From assembly GCF_030384885.1 (NCBI RefSeq), contig NZ_CP128613.1: a stretch of DNA of 64,000 nt, one strand, 5' to 3'. The notes beneath the pieces are model-generated. The model had not been told where the DNA came from. It did not search any database and saw only the letters and a program-made list of their open reading frames with translations. The position numbers and the translations under genes were made by a program. This DNA is from Escherichia coli. GTDB taxonomy: Bacteria > Pseudomonadota > Gammaproteobacteria > Enterobacterales > Enterobacteriaceae. Shown in pieces: positions 15,368-27,004 of this stretch (position 1 is the stretch's first letter; each line of letters opens with the position of its first letter).

Positions 15368-16885
15368 ATGTGCGGTATTGTCGGTATCGCCGGTGTTATG
15401 CCGGTTAACCAGTCGATTTATGATGCCTTAACGGTGCTTCAGCATCGCGGTCAGGATGCCGCCGGCATCATCACCATTGATGCCAATAACTGCTTCCGTT
15501 TGCGTAAAGCGAACGGGCTGGTGAGCGATGTCTTCGAAGCTCGCCATATGCAGCGTTTGCAGGGCAATATGGGCATTGGTCATGTGCGTTACCCCACGGC
15601 TGGTAGCTCCAGCGCCTCTGAAGCGCAGCCGTTTTACGTTAACTCCCCGTATGGCATCACGCTTGCCCACAACGGCAATCTGACCAACGCTCATGAGTTG
15701 CGTAAAAAACTGTTTGAAGAAAAACGCCGCCACATCAACACCACTTCCGACTCGGAAATTCTGCTTAATATCTTCGCCAGCGAGCTGGACAACTTCCGCC
15801 ACTACCCGCTGGAAGCCGACAACATCTTCGCCGCCATCGCCGCTACAAACCGCTTAATCCGCGGTGCGTATGCCTGTGTGGCGATGATTATCGGCCACGG
15901 TATGGTGGCTTTCCGCGATCCTAACGGTATTCGTCCGCTGGTACTGGGGAAACGTGATATCGACGACAATCGCACAGAATATATGGTCGCTTCCGAAAGC
16001 GTTGCGCTCGATACCCTGGGCTTTGATTTCCTGCGTGACGTCGCGCCGGGTGAAGCGATTTACATCACTGAAGAAGGGCAGTTGTTTACCCGTCAGTGCG
16101 CTGACAACCCGGTCAGCAATCCGTGCCTGTTCGAGTATGTTTACTTTGCCCGTCCGGACTCGTTCATCGACAAAATTTCCGTTTACAGCGCGCGTGTGAA
16201 TATGGGCACCAAGCTGGGCGAGAAAATTGCTCGCGAATGGGAAGATCTGGATATCGACGTGGTGATCCCAATTCCGGAAACCTCTTGTGATATCGCGCTG
16301 GAAATCGCGCGTATTCTGGGCAAACCGTACCGCCAGGGCTTTGTGAAAAACCGCTATGTTGGCCGCACCTTCATTATGCCTGGCCAGCAGCTGCGTCGTA
16401 AGTCCGTGCGCCGTAAACTGAACGCCAACCGCGCTGAATTCCGCGATAAAAACGTCCTGCTGGTCGATGACTCCATCGTGCGTGGTACCACTTCTGAGCA
16501 GATTATCGAGATGGCGCGTGAAGCCGGAGCGAAGAAAGTTTACCTCGCTTCTGCGGCACCGGAAATTCGCTTCCCGAACGTTTACGGTATCGATATGCCG
16601 AGCGCCACGGAACTGATCGCTCACGGTCGCGAAGTAGATGAAATTCGCCAGATCATCGGTGCTGACGGGTTGATTTTCCAGGACCTCAACGATTTGATCG
16701 AAGCCGTTCGCGCTGAAAACCCGGATATCCAGCAGTTTGAATGCTCGGTGTTCAACGGCGTCTACGTCACCAAAGATGTTGATCAGGGCTACCTCGATTT
16801 TCTCGATACTTTACGTAATGACGACGCCAAAGCAGTGCAACGTCAGAACGAAGTGGAAAATCTCGAAATGCATAACGAAGGATGA
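15368..16885 (+). CDS. purF: Amidophosphoribosyltransferase
   Basis: 505-aa ORF starting MCGIVGI (Ntn glutamine amidotransferase Cys1) with PRPP-binding region. Confidence 0.97.
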   Translation: MCGIVGIAGVMPVNQSIYDALTVLQHRGQDAAGIITIDANNCFRLRKANGLVSDVFEARHMQRLQGNMGIGHVRYPTAGSSSASEAQPFYVNSPYGITLAHNGNLTNAHELRKKLFEEKRRHINTTSDSEILLNIFASELDNFRHYPLEADNIFAAIAATNRLIRGAYACVAMIIGHGMVAFRDPNGIRPLVLGKRDIDDNRTEYMVASESVALDTLGFDFLRDVAPGEAIYITEEGQLFTRQCADNPVSNPCLFEYVYFARPDSFIDKISVYSARVNMGTKLGEKIAREWEDLDIDVVIPIPETSCDIALEIARILGKPYRQGFVKNRYVGRTFIMPGQQLRRKSVRRKLNANRAEFRDKNVLLVDDSIVRGTTSEQIIEMAREAGAKKVYLASAAPEIRFPNVYGIDMPSATELIAHGREVDEIRQIIGADGLIFQDLNDLIEAVRAENPDIQQFECSVFNGVYVTKDVDQGYLDFLDTLRNDDAKAVQRQNEVENLEMHNEG

Positions 16886-16979
16886 TGCCTTCGCTCAGGG
16901 TGCCGGTCTGGCACCCTGACTTGCAACTCCCGCCGAAATCCTGCAAAGTCTGCCTGCAAGTCTGACAGGGCAACTATTT

Positions 16980-17549
16980 ATGAAACGACTTATTGTGGGC
17001 ATCAGCGGTGCCAGCGGTGCGATTTATGGCGTGCGTTTATTACAGGTTCTGCGTGATGTCGCAGATGTTGAAACGCATCTGGTAATGAGCCAGGCCGCGC
17101 GCCAGACCTTATCTCTTGAAACGGATTTTTCCCTGCGCGAAGTGCAGGCGTTAGCTGATGTGACGCACGATGCGCGCGATATTGCCGCCACCATCTCTTC
17201 TGGTTCTTTCCAGACGTTGGGGATGGTGATTTTACCCTGTTCAATCAAAACCCTGTCCGGCATTGTGCATAGCTATACGGATAGCTTACTGACCCGTGCG
17301 GCAGATGTGGTGCTGAAAGAGCGTCGCCCGCTGGTGCTCTGCGTGCGTGAAACACCGTTGCACTTAGGCCACCTGCGTTTAATGACTCAGGCGGCAGAAA
17401 TCGGTGCGGTAATTATGCCTCCCGTTCCGGCATTTTATCATCGCCCACAATCCCTTGATGATGTGATAAATCAGACGGTTAACCGTGTACTCGATCAATT
17501 CGCCATAACGCTTCCTGAAGATCTCTTTGCCCGCTGGCAGGGCGCATAA
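16980..17549 (+). CDS. ubiX: Flavin prenyltransferase UbiX
   Basis: 189-aa ORF, flavoprotein fold; synteny with purF. Confidence 0.95.
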   Translation: MKRLIVGISGASGAIYGVRLLQVLRDVADVETHLVMSQAARQTLSLETDFSLREVQALADVTHDARDIAATISSGSFQTLGMVILPCSIKTLSGIVHSYTDSLLTRAADVVLKERRPLVLCVRETPLHLGHLRLMTQAAEIGAVIMPPVPAFYHRPQSLDDVINQTVNRVLDQFAITLPEDLFARWQGA

Positions 17550-17557
17550 CCTCATTG

Positions 17558-17581
17558 TTGCCCTGTTTCAGGGCAATTTTG
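17558..17581 (+). terminator. Rho-independent terminator after ubiX
   Basis: ttgccctg-ttt-cagggcaa followed by TTTT. Confidence 0.8.
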
Positions 17582-17730
17582 CAACCGCGATCAAATCCTC
17601 AACATTTTGTTTCTGCCATTCAATCGAAACGCTGCGATTCAACCGCTATACCTGCTATCTTCAACTTCAGGACAATAATGCAACGTCTTGTTAACATATT
17701 TAACGTTGAATGTTACTGTTGTCGTCAAGA

Positions 17731-17746
17731 TGGCATAAGACCTGCA
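17731..17746 (+). promoter_or_regulatory. sigma54 (-24/-12) promoter of argT
   Basis: TGGCATaagacCTGCA matches the TGGCAC-N5-TTGCA consensus about 70 bp upstream of argT. Confidence 0.7.
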
Positions 17747-17814
17747 TGAACGAGCCTGCAAACACACAACACAATACACAACATAAAAAAAGCCATTTCA
17801 CTTGAGGGTTATGT

Positions 17815-18597
17815 ATGAAGAAGTCGATTCTCGCTCTGTCTTTGTTAGTCGGGATTTCTGCAGCAGCTTCCAGCTACGCGGCGCTGCCGGAGACGGTACG
17901 TATCGGAACGGATACCACCTATGCACCGTTCTCATCGAAAGATGCCAAAGGTGACTTTGTTGGCTTTGATATCGATCTCGGTAACGAGATGTGCAAACGG
18001 ATGCAGGTGAAATGTACCTGGGTTGCCAGTGACTTTGACGCGCTGATCCCCTCACTGAAAGCGAAAAAGATCGACGCCATTATTTCGTCGCTCTCCATTA
18101 CGGATAAACGTCAGCAGGAGATTGCCTTCTCCGACAAACTGTACGCCGCAGACTCTCGTCTGATTGCTGCCAAAGGTTCACCGATTCAGCCAACGCTGGA
18201 TTCACTGAAAGGTAAACATGTTGGTGTGCTGCAGGGATCAACCCAGGAAGCGTATGCCAATGATAACTGGCGTAGCAAAGGCGTGGATGTGGTGGCCTAT
18301 GCTAACCAGGATTTGGTCTATTCCGATCTGGCTGCGGGACGCCTGGATGCCGCTCTGCAAGATGAGGTTGCTGCCAGCGAAGGTTTCCTCAAGCAACCTG
18401 CCGGTAAAGATTTCGCTTTTGCAGGCCCTTCAGTGAAAGACAAAAAATACTTCGGTGACGGCACCGGTGTCGGGCTACGTAAAGATGATGCTGAACTGAC
18501 GGCTGCGTTTAATAAGGCGCTTGGCGAGCTGCGTCAGGACGGTACCTACGACAAGATGGCGAAAAAGTATTTCGACTTTAATGTCTACGGTGACTGA
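17815..18597 (+). CDS. argT: Lysine/arginine/ornithine-binding periplasmic protein
   Basis: 260-aa ORF with signal peptide; paralogous to the next ORF (HisJ); sigma54-type promoter upstream. Confidence 0.95.
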   Translation: MKKSILALSLLVGISAAASSYAALPETVRIGTDTTYAPFSSKDAKGDFVGFDIDLGNEMCKRMQVKCTWVASDFDALIPSLKAKKIDAIISSLSITDKRQQEIAFSDKLYAADSRLIAAKGSPIQPTLDSLKGKHVGVLQGSTQEAYANDNWRSKGVDVVAYANQDLVYSDLAAGRLDAALQDEVAASEGFLKQPAGKDFAFAGPSVKDKKYFGDGTGVGLRKDDAELTAAFNKALGELRQDGTYDKMAKKYFDFNVYGD

Positions 18598-18637
18598 TAC
18601 GTCGCAGGGAAGCTGTACCTGATGGAATGATCATCAT

Positions 18638-18671
18638 GGTGCACGCCAGGTTGTTGCACTATCGTGGTGCA
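18638..18671 (+). promoter_or_regulatory. NtrC-type enhancer sites upstream of hisJ
   Basis: TGCACTAtcgTGGTGCA (near-perfect TGCACCA-N3-TGGTGCA) with an adjacent TGGTGCA half-site. Confidence 0.6.
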
Positions 18672-18816
18672 TTAAAATGCATACTTAAGCATTTTTAATG
18701 AAAAATAATACGTCTAACGGGGCGGGATATTTTGCCTTGATGGTCAATTTTATGGCACGATAAGTGTAACAAACCTGTAAATATTCCCTATAAAAAGACT
18801 GTCAGTTGAGGACATT

Positions 18817-19599
18817 ATGAAAAAACTGGTGCTATCGCTCTCTCTGGTTCTGGCCTTCTCCAGCGCAACGGCGGCGTTTGCTGCGATTCCGCAAAACATC
18901 CGCATCGGTACCGATCCGACCTATGCGCCATTTGAATCAAAAAATTCACAAGGTGAACTGGTTGGCTTCGACATCGATCTGGCGAAGGAGTTGTGCAAAC
19001 GCATCAATACGCAATGTACGTTTGTCGAAAACCCACTGGATGCGTTAATCCCATCCTTAAAAGCGAAGAAGATTGACGCCATCATGTCATCGCTTTCCAT
19101 TACGGAAAAACGTCAGCAAGAAATAGCCTTCACCGACAAACTGTACGCTGCCGACTCTCGTCTGGTAGTGGCGAAAAATTCCGACATTCAGCCGACAGTC
19201 GAGTCGCTGAAAGGCAAGCGCGTAGGCGTATTGCAGGGCACCACCCAGGAGACGTTCGGTAACGAACACTGGGCACCAAAAGGCATTGAAATCGTCTCTT
19301 ATCAGGGGCAGGACAACATTTATTCTGACCTGACTGCCGGACGTATTGATGCCGCATTCCAGGATGAGGTCGCCGCCAGCGAAGGTTTCCTCAAACAACC
19401 CGTTGGTAAAGATTACAAATTCGGTGGCCCGTCTGTTAAAGATGAAAAACTGTTTGGCGTAGGTACCGGCATGGGTCTGCGTAAAGAAGATAACGAATTG
19501 CGCGAGGCACTGAACAAAGCCTTTGCCGAAATGCGCGCTGACGGTACTTACGAGAAATTAGCGAAAAAGTACTTCGATTTTGATGTTTATGGTGGTTAA
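18817..19599 (+). CDS. hisJ: Histidine-binding periplasmic protein
   Basis: 260-aa ORF with signal peptide; first gene of hisJQMP. Confidence 0.95.
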   Translation: MKKLVLSLSLVLAFSSATAAFAAIPQNIRIGTDPTYAPFESKNSQGELVGFDIDLAKELCKRINTQCTFVENPLDALIPSLKAKKIDAIMSSLSITEKRQQEIAFTDKLYAADSRLVVAKNSDIQPTVESLKGKRVGVLQGTTQETFGNEHWAPKGIEIVSYQGQDNIYSDLTAGRIDAAFQDEVAASEGFLKQPVGKDYKFGGPSVKDEKLFGVGTGMGLRKEDNELREALNKAFAEMRADGTYEKLAKKYFDFDVYGG

Positions 19600-19620
19600 T
19601 CGCCATCGGTGAAAGAAAGC

Positions 19621-19649
19621 CCGCTCCCTTCGGGTAACCGGAGGGAGAC
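19621..19649 (+). other. Stable hairpin in the hisJ-hisQ intercistronic region
   Basis: ctccct...agggag inverted repeat right after the hisJ stop, no U-run; consistent with the REP-like stabiliser/attenuator described for this operon. Confidence 0.6.
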
Positions 19650-19688
19650 AAGAGGCGGTAATTCACCACACACGACAGGACAGGCAGC

Positions 19689-20375
19689 ATGTTGTATGGG
19701 TTTTCAGGTGTTATTTTACAGGGTGCGCTCGTCACGCTGGAGCTGGCGATCAGCTCTGTAGTGCTCGCTGTAATCATCGGTTTAATTGGCGCTGGCGGTA
19801 AGCTCTCGCAAAATCGGTTTTCGGGGCTGATTTTCGAAGGGTATACCACGCTGATTCGTGGCGTGCCGGATTTAGTGTTGATGCTGCTGATTTTCTACGG
19901 TTTGCAGATTGCGCTAAACACGGTGACGGAGGCGATGGGCGTCGGGCAGATTGATATCGATCCGATGGTCGCAGGTATTATCACTCTCGGTTTTATCTAC
20001 GGTGCTTACTTCACCGAAACGTTTCGTGGCGCGTTTATGGCAGTGCCAAAAGGGCATATAGAGGCGGCAACGGCGTTCGGTTTTACTCGTGGGCAAGTGT
20101 TTCGGCGGATTATGTTTCCGGCGATGATGCGTTACGCCCTGCCAGGCATTGGCAACAACTGGCAGGTGATCCTCAAATCTACCGCTCTGGTTTCGTTACT
20201 CGGCCTGGAAGATGTGGTCAAAGCCACGCAGCTGGCAGGCAAAAGTACCTGGGAACCGTTCTATTTCGCCATCGTTTGTGGCGTGATTTACCTGGTTTTC
20301 ACCACCGTTTCCAATGGTGTGCTGCTGTTCCTTGAGCGCCGCTACTCCGTGGGTGTGAAGAGGGCTGACCTGTGA
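19689..20375 (+). CDS. hisQ: Histidine ABC transporter permease HisQ
   Basis: 228-aa hydrophobic ORF; overlaps hisM start. Confidence 0.95.
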   Translation: MLYGFSGVILQGALVTLELAISSVVLAVIIGLIGAGGKLSQNRFSGLIFEGYTTLIRGVPDLVLMLLIFYGLQIALNTVTEAMGVGQIDIDPMVAGIITLGFIYGAYFTETFRGAFMAVPKGHIEAATAFGFTRGQVFRRIMFPAMMRYALPGIGNNWQVILKSTALVSLLGLEDVVKATQLAGKSTWEPFYFAIVCGVIYLVFTTVSNGVLLFLERRYSVGVKRADL

Positions 20376-21088
20376 TCGAAATCTTACATGAATACTGGAA
20401 ACCACTGCTGTGGACCGACGGTTATCGCTTTACTGGCGTGGCGATCACCCTGTGGCTGCTGATTTTGTCGGTAGTGATAGGCGGAGTCCTGGCGCTGTTT
20501 CTGGCGATTGGTCGCGTCTCAAGTAATAAATACATCCAGTTTCCAATCTGGTTATTTACGTATATTTTTCGCGGTACACCGCTGTATGTTCAATTGCTGG
20601 TGTTCTATTCCGGCATGTACACGCTGGAGATTGTTAAGGGTACCGAGTTCCTTAACGCCTTTTTCCGCAGTGGCCTGAATTGTACTGTGCTGGCGCTGAC
20701 GCTTAACACCTGTGCTTACACCACCGAGATTTTTGCCGGAGCAATCCGTTCGGTACCGCACGGAGAAATTGAAGCCGCCAGAGCCTATGGCTTTTCGACC
20801 TTTAAAATGTATCGCTGCATTATTTTGCCTTCAGCGCTGCGTATTGCGTTACCGGCCTACAGCAATGAAGTAATCCTGATGCTGCACTCTACTGCGCTGG
20901 CGTTTACGGCCACGGTGCCGGATCTGCTGAAAATAGCCCGTGATATTAACGCCGCCACGTATCAACCTTTTACCGCTTTCGGTATCGCCGCGGTGCTCTA
21001 TTTAATCATCTCTTATGTCCTGATCAGTCTGTTCCGCAAAGCGGAAAAACGCTGGTTGCAGCATGTGAAACCTTCTTCAACGCACTGA
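20372..21088 (+). CDS. hisM: Histidine ABC transporter permease HisM
   Basis: 238-aa hydrophobic ORF. Confidence 0.95.
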   Translation: MIEILHEYWKPLLWTDGYRFTGVAITLWLLILSVVIGGVLALFLAIGRVSSNKYIQFPIWLFTYIFRGTPLYVQLLVFYSGMYTLEIVKGTEFLNAFFRSGLNCTVLALTLNTCAYTTEIFAGAIRSVPHGEIEAARAYGFSTFKMYRCIILPSALRIALPAYSNEVILMLHSTALAFTATVPDLLKIARDINAATYQPFTAFGIAAVLYLIISYVLISLFRKAEKRWLQHVKPSSTH

Positions 21089-21095
21089 GAATACG

Positions 21096-21869
21096 ATGTC
21101 CGAGAATAAATTAAACGTTATCGATTTGCACAAACGCTACGGCGAACACGAAGTGCTGAAAGGGGTCTCACTGCAAGCGAATGCCGGTGATGTCATAAGT
21201 ATCATCGGATCGTCGGGATCGGGGAAAAGTACCTTTCTGCGCTGCATTAACTTCCTCGAAAAACCGAGCGAAGGATCGATCGTCGTTAACGGCCAGACGA
21301 TCAATCTGGTGCGCGATAAAGACGGTCAACTCAAAGTCGCCGATAAAAATCAGCTGCGCTTACTGCGCACACGCCTGACGATGGTATTCCAGCACTTCAA
21401 TCTCTGGAGCCATATGACGGTGCTGGAAAACGTCATGGAAGCGCCGATTCAGGTGTTAGGCCTGAGCAAGCAGGAAGCGCGCGAGCGGGCGGTGAAGTAT
21501 CTGGCGAAAGTCGGGATAGACGAACGTGCGCAGGGGAAATACCCGGTGCATCTGTCCGGTGGTCAGCAACAGCGTGTTTCTATCGCGCGGGCGCTGGCAA
21601 TGGAACCGGAAGTTCTGCTGTTTGATGAACCTACCTCGGCGCTCGATCCTGAACTGGTAGGCGAAGTGCTGCGTATTATGCAGCAACTGGCAGAAGAGGG
21701 AAAAACCATGGTGGTGGTGACTCACGAAATGGGCTTTGCTCGCCATGTTTCTACTCACGTCATTTTTCTCCATCAGGGGAAAATAGAGGAAGAAGGCGCG
21801 CCGGAGCAGTTATTTGGCAACCCGCAAAGCCCTCGTCTGCAACAGTTCCTTAAGGGATCGCTGAAATAA
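21096..21869 (+). CDS. hisP: Histidine ABC transporter ATP-binding protein HisP
   Basis: 257-aa ORF with Walker A (GSSGSGKST), ABC signature (LSGGQQQR) and Walker B ([11 protein letters not shown]). Confidence 0.97.
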   Translation: MSENKLNVIDLHKRYGEHEVLKGVSLQANAGDVISIIGSSGSGKSTFLRCINFLEKPSEGSIVVNGQTINLVRDKDGQLKVADKNQLRLLRTRLTMVFQHFNLWSHMTVLENVMEAPIQVLGLSKQEARERAVKYLAKVGIDERAQGKYPVHLSGGQQQRVSIARALAMEPEVLLFDEPTSALDPELVGEVLRIMQQLAEEGKTMVVVTHEMGFARHVSTHVIFLHQGKIEEEGAPEQLFGNPQSPRLQQFLKGSLK

Positions 21870-22064
21870 TTCCCTCTCCGGTGGCTAACGCTGCCGGAGT
21901 ATTTCATGGGGAATTTGCGAGTCCGCTTCCGCTGAAATGTAAAAGTTGCAGTCCGCTAAAAATACTTCTGAATTCGCTGTCCAAAGATAAAAACTGCCTG
22001 CTGCATTGGGTGTAAATCGTGGTTATTGTCGCGTCATCTTAAATTTGAGGGGTGACGGAACGCC

Positions 22065-22955
22065 ATGACAATATCGACAACTTCCACGCCGCATGATGCG
22101 GTATTTAAATCTTTTTTACGCCATCCAGACACCGCGCGGGATTTTATTGATATTCATCTTCCCGCGCCGCTGCGCAAACTGTGTGATTTAACGACGCTCA
22201 AACTGGAACCAAACAGTTTTATTGATGAAGATCTGCGGCAATATTATTCCGACCTCTTGTGGTCTGTGAAAACGCAGGAGGGAGCGGGTTATATTTATGT
22301 GGTGATAGAGCACCAAAGTAAGCCGGAGGAATTAATGGCTTTTCGCATGATGCGCTATTCCATCGCGGCGATGCAAAACCATCTGGATGCAGGCTATAAA
22401 GAGCTTCCATTGGTGATCCCAATGCTGTTTTATCATGGTTGCAGAAGTCCTTATCCTTATTCACTCTGCTGGCTTGATGAATTTGCCGAGCCTGCGATAG
22501 CCCGCAAAATATATTCATCGGCTTTTCCGCTGGTGGATATTACCGTGGTGCCGGATGACGAGATTATGCAACATCGCAAAATGGCGCTGTTGGAGTTAAT
22601 TCAGAAACATATTCGTCAGCGCGATCTGTTGGGATTAGTCGACCAGATTGTTTCGCTGCTAGTTACAGGGAACACTAATGACAGACAGCTAAAAGCCCTG
22701 TTTAATTACGTATTACAAACGGGAGATGCCCAGCGTTTCCGTGCATTTATTGGTGAGATAACAGAACGCGCACCACAAGAAAAGGAGAAACTGATGACCA
22801 TTGCTGACAGATTACGTGAAGAAGGCGCAATGCAGGGCAAACACGAAGAAGCTCTGCGTATTGCTCAGGAGATGCTGGAGAGAGGTTTAGACAGAGAATT
22901 AGTTCTGATGGTGACCCGACTTTCGGCAGACGATCTTATCGCGCAAAGCCACTAA
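22065..22955 (+). CDS. rpnB: Recombination-promoting nuclease RpnB (YhgA-like, PD-(D/E)XK family)
   Basis: 296-aa ORF starting [18 protein letters not shown], typical of Rpn/YhgA-like proteins; sits between hisP and yfcH as recalled for yfcI/rpnB. Confidence 0.85.
   Translation: MTISTTSTPHDAVFKSFLRHPDTARDFIDIHLPAPLRKLCDLTTLKLEPNSFIDEDLRQYYSDLLWSVKTQEGAGYIYVVIEHQSKPEELMAFRMMRYSIAAMQNHLDAGYKELPLVIPMLFYHGCRSPYPYSLCWLDEFAEPAIARKIYSSAFPLVDITVVPDDEIMQHRKMALLELIQKHIRQRDLLGLVDQIVSLLVTGNTNDRQLKALFNYVLQTGDAQRFRAFIGEITERAPQEKEKLMTIADRLREEGAMQGKHEEALRIAQEMLERGLDRELVLMVTRLSADDLIAQSH
22794..22955 (+). CDS. Candidate intragenic small protein (RpnS-like antitoxin) from an internal in-frame start within rpnB
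   Basis: AAGGAG at 22782-22787, 6 nt upstream of an in-frame ATG at 22794, inside rpnB; would encode the C-terminal 53 aa. Confidence 0.35.
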   Translation: MTIADRLREEGAMQGKHEEALRIAQEMLERGLDRELVLMVTRLSADDLIAQSH

Positions 22956-23002
22956 TCCTGTAACACCGGGAATTAACTGGCGGATGTTTGCAGTACACCA
23001 CA

Positions 23003-23896
23003 TCAGTGAACAACATCCGCCAGCGCCTCTTCTAAATCGTACCAGCGAAACGCAAAACCCGCTTCTTCCAGCCTTTTGGGCAAAGCCCGTTGTCCACCTA
23101 ATACCAGTACTGAAGATTCGCCCATTAACAGCCGAATGGCGGTCGCAGGGACGCGCAAAATGGCCGGACGATGCAGTGCATGACCGAGCGCATGGGCAAA
23201 TTGTTCATTGCGTACCGGGTAGGGCGAAACCATATTAAACGGCCCGCGCAGCTCGTTATCCAGCAGCCAGAGAATACCGTTGACCATATCATCGATATGA
23301 ATCCAGGCCAGATACTGCCGACCGGAGCCAATCGGCCCGCCCAGGCCAAGACGAAACGGCGGCAGCATTTTACCGAGGATCCCGCCGTCCGGTGCCAGCA
23401 CCACGCCGGTACGCAGCAGGCACACACGTGTTTTGTCGCTTTGCGCCCGACAGGCAATCTCTTCCCAACGAGCGCAGAGTTTGTGGGTAAATTCGTTATG
23501 CGGCGGTTCCTCTTCAGTAACCACCACTTCACCTAAGTCGCCATAATAGCCCGTTGCCGAACCGGAAATGAGTACCGACGGCGGCGTGTCGCTGGCATTA
23601 ATCAAATCGACCAGTTTTTGCGTGATATTCCAGCGGCTTTGGCAGAGACGCTCTTTTTGCTCGTGAGTCCAGCGTTTATCAGCAATCGGTTCTCCGGCCA
23701 GGTTGATTACCGCATCAACGCCGTTGAGGTTACTTTGATCGGCAAGCCCTTGCCATAGTGTCACCCGGGGGCCGAGAACGGAACTGGCTTTCTGCGGGTT
23801 ACGCGTCACTACCGTGATTTGATGGCCCAGATCCAGCAAACGCGGAATCAAATGGCGACCAATTAATCCCGTCCCTCCGGTGATCACTATCTTCAT
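23003..23896 (-). CDS. yfcH: NAD-dependent epimerase-family protein YfcH
   Basis: 297-aa ORF starting [16 protein letters not shown] (Rossmann GxxGxxG). Confidence 0.92.
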   Translation of the reverse strand: MKIVITGGTGLIGRHLIPRLLDLGHQITVVTRNPQKASSVLGPRVTLWQGLADQSNLNGVDAVINLAGEPIADKRWTHEQKERLCQSRWNITQKLVDLINASDTPPSVLISGSATGYYGDLGEVVVTEEEPPHNEFTHKLCARWEEIACRAQSDKTRVCLLRTGVVLAPDGGILGKMLPPFRLGLGGPIGSGRQYLAWIHIDDMVNGILWLLDNELRGPFNMVSPYPVRNEQFAHALGHALHRPAILRVPATAIRLLMGESSVLVLGGQRALPKRLEEAGFAFRWYDLEEALADVVH

Positions 23897-23916
23897 GCAG
23901 CCTCCCGATATGGCGG

Positions 23917-24279
23917 TTAACGCTGCCAGCTTAAGGTCATGGATACCGAATCAGCGTAGCGCAGCGCGTGCAGTTTATCGATCTCTACTTCAGCATACGT
24001 TACCCAGTGATGTTCACGTGCGATATCGAGCACATCCTGAGTTAATTTCTCCAGCAAAGAGAAACGGTTATTCTCTACGTGCTGAATAATGTTTTTCGTT
24101 ACGGTGCGATAATTCAGCGCATCGTTGATATCTTCGCTGGTGCGCGCTTTATCGGCGGGGTAGTGGATCGTCACGTTGATAACTATATCCTGACGGTTGT
24201 TAATTTCTTCTTCCTTAATTCCGATAAACGTACGTAAACGAAGGTTCTTTATACGAATAATAGCGGCAGGTTGTGCCAT
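23917..24279 (-). CDS. folX: Dihydroneopterin triphosphate 2'-epimerase
   Basis: 120-aa ORF; recognised sequence and synteny. Confidence 0.93.
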
Positions 24280-24335
24280 TGCAGGTTCTCCGTTGTTTTA
24301 CTTAGGATTAAATAATACACGAGAACCTGTTTCTG

Positions 24336-25814
<1,479 letters not shown>

Positions 25815-25817
25815 TGA

Positions 25818-26372
25818 GTGATGAAACTGATGTTTGCATCGGACATTCATGGGTCGTTACCGGCGACGGAACGTGTTCTGGAGTTGTTTGCCCAAAGCGG
25901 TGCCCAGTGGCTGGTGATCCTTGGCGACGTGTTGAATCACGGCCCGCGTAATGCTTTACCGGAGGGTTACGCGCCAGCCAAAGTCGCTGAACGGCTTAAT
26001 GACGTGGCACATAAGGTTATCGCTGTGCGCGGCAACTGCGACAGCGAAGTGGATCAAATGCTTTTGCATTTCCCGATAACCGCGCCGTGGCAACAGGTAT
26101 TACTGGAAAAACAACGTCTGTTTTTGACGCATGGTCATCTTTTTGGCCCGGAAAATCTGCCTGCTTTAAACCAGAACGATGTGCTGGTTTACGGTCATAC
26201 CCATCTGCCAGTGGCAGAACAGCGGGGGGAGATATTCCACTTCAACCCCGGCTCGGTGAGTATTCCGAAAGGCGGTAATCCGGCGAGTTATGGCATGCTG
26301 GATAATGACGTACTGAGTGTAATCGCACTCAATGATCAAAGTATCATTGCGCAGGTCGCGATTAATCCGTAA
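25818..26372 (+). CDS. yfcE: Metallophosphoesterase (phosphodiesterase) YfcE
   Basis: 184-aa ORF with calcineurin-like motifs (DIHG, GDV..HGP, GHTH). Confidence 0.92.
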   Translation: MMKLMFASDIHGSLPATERVLELFAQSGAQWLVILGDVLNHGPRNALPEGYAPAKVAERLNDVAHKVIAVRGNCDSEVDQMLLHFPITAPWQQVLLEKQRLFLTHGHLFGPENLPALNQNDVLVYGHTHLPVAEQRGEIFHFNPGSVSIPKGGNPASYGMLDNDVLSVIALNDQSIIAQVAINP

Positions 26373-26429
26373 TTTACCCACAACTCAAAATGCGCCGTAA
26401 GAGCGCCAGAAAAAGAAGGTTTCCTGATA

Positions 26430-26972
26430 ATGGAACAGCGTCGTTTGGCAAGTACTGAATGGGTGGATATTGTCAATGAAGAGAATGAAGTCATTGCACA
26501 AGCCAGCCGGGAACAAATGCGGGCACAGTGTCTGCGTCATCGTGCAACTTACATCGTCGTGCATGATGGCATGGGCAAAATTCTGGTCCAGCGTCGTACC
26601 GAGACAAAAGACTTTTTACCCGGCATGTTAGATGCGACCGCAGGCGGTGTGGTCCAGGCCGATGAGCAACTGCTGGAGTCCGCGCGTCGCGAAGCGGAAG
26701 AAGAGTTGGGCATTGCCGGTGTCCCCTTTGCCGAGCACGGGCAGTTCTATTTCGAAGATAAAAATTGCCGTGTCTGGGGCGCGTTGTTCAGTTGTGTATC
26801 GCACGGTCCCTTCGCCCTACAGGAAGATGAAGTCAGTGAAGTTTGCTGGCTGACGCCGGAAGAAATCACCGCACGCTGCGATGAGTTCACTCCAGACTCG
26901 CTGAAAGCGCTGGCGTTGTGGATGAAGCGCAATGCCAAAAATGAAGCCGTAGAGACTGAAACGGCAGAATGA
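26430..26972 (+). CDS. yfcD: Nudix hydrolase YfcD
   Basis: 180-aa ORF with Nudix box ([10 protein letters not shown]). Confidence 0.92.
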
Positions 26973-27004
26973 AAAAAGAGCCGCAATTGCGGCTCTTAAC
27001 ATTT
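26973..27004. terminator. Bidirectional terminator between convergent yfcD and yfcC
   Basis: A-run, agagccgc-aatt-gcggctct stem, then T-rich tract. Confidence 0.8.

Noticed and set aside
18740-18760. sigma54-like TGGCACgataaGTGTA upstream of hisJ
   Set aside because: The -24 GG element is present, but the -12 position lacks the required GC/TTGCA, so it is not called as a sigma54 promoter.
22065-22955. rpnB as a transposase or IS element
   Set aside because: Rpn proteins belong to a transposase-like family, but there are no flanking terminal inverted repeats or target-site duplications, and the gene sits at a conserved chromosomal position. It is called a nuclease gene, not a mobile element.
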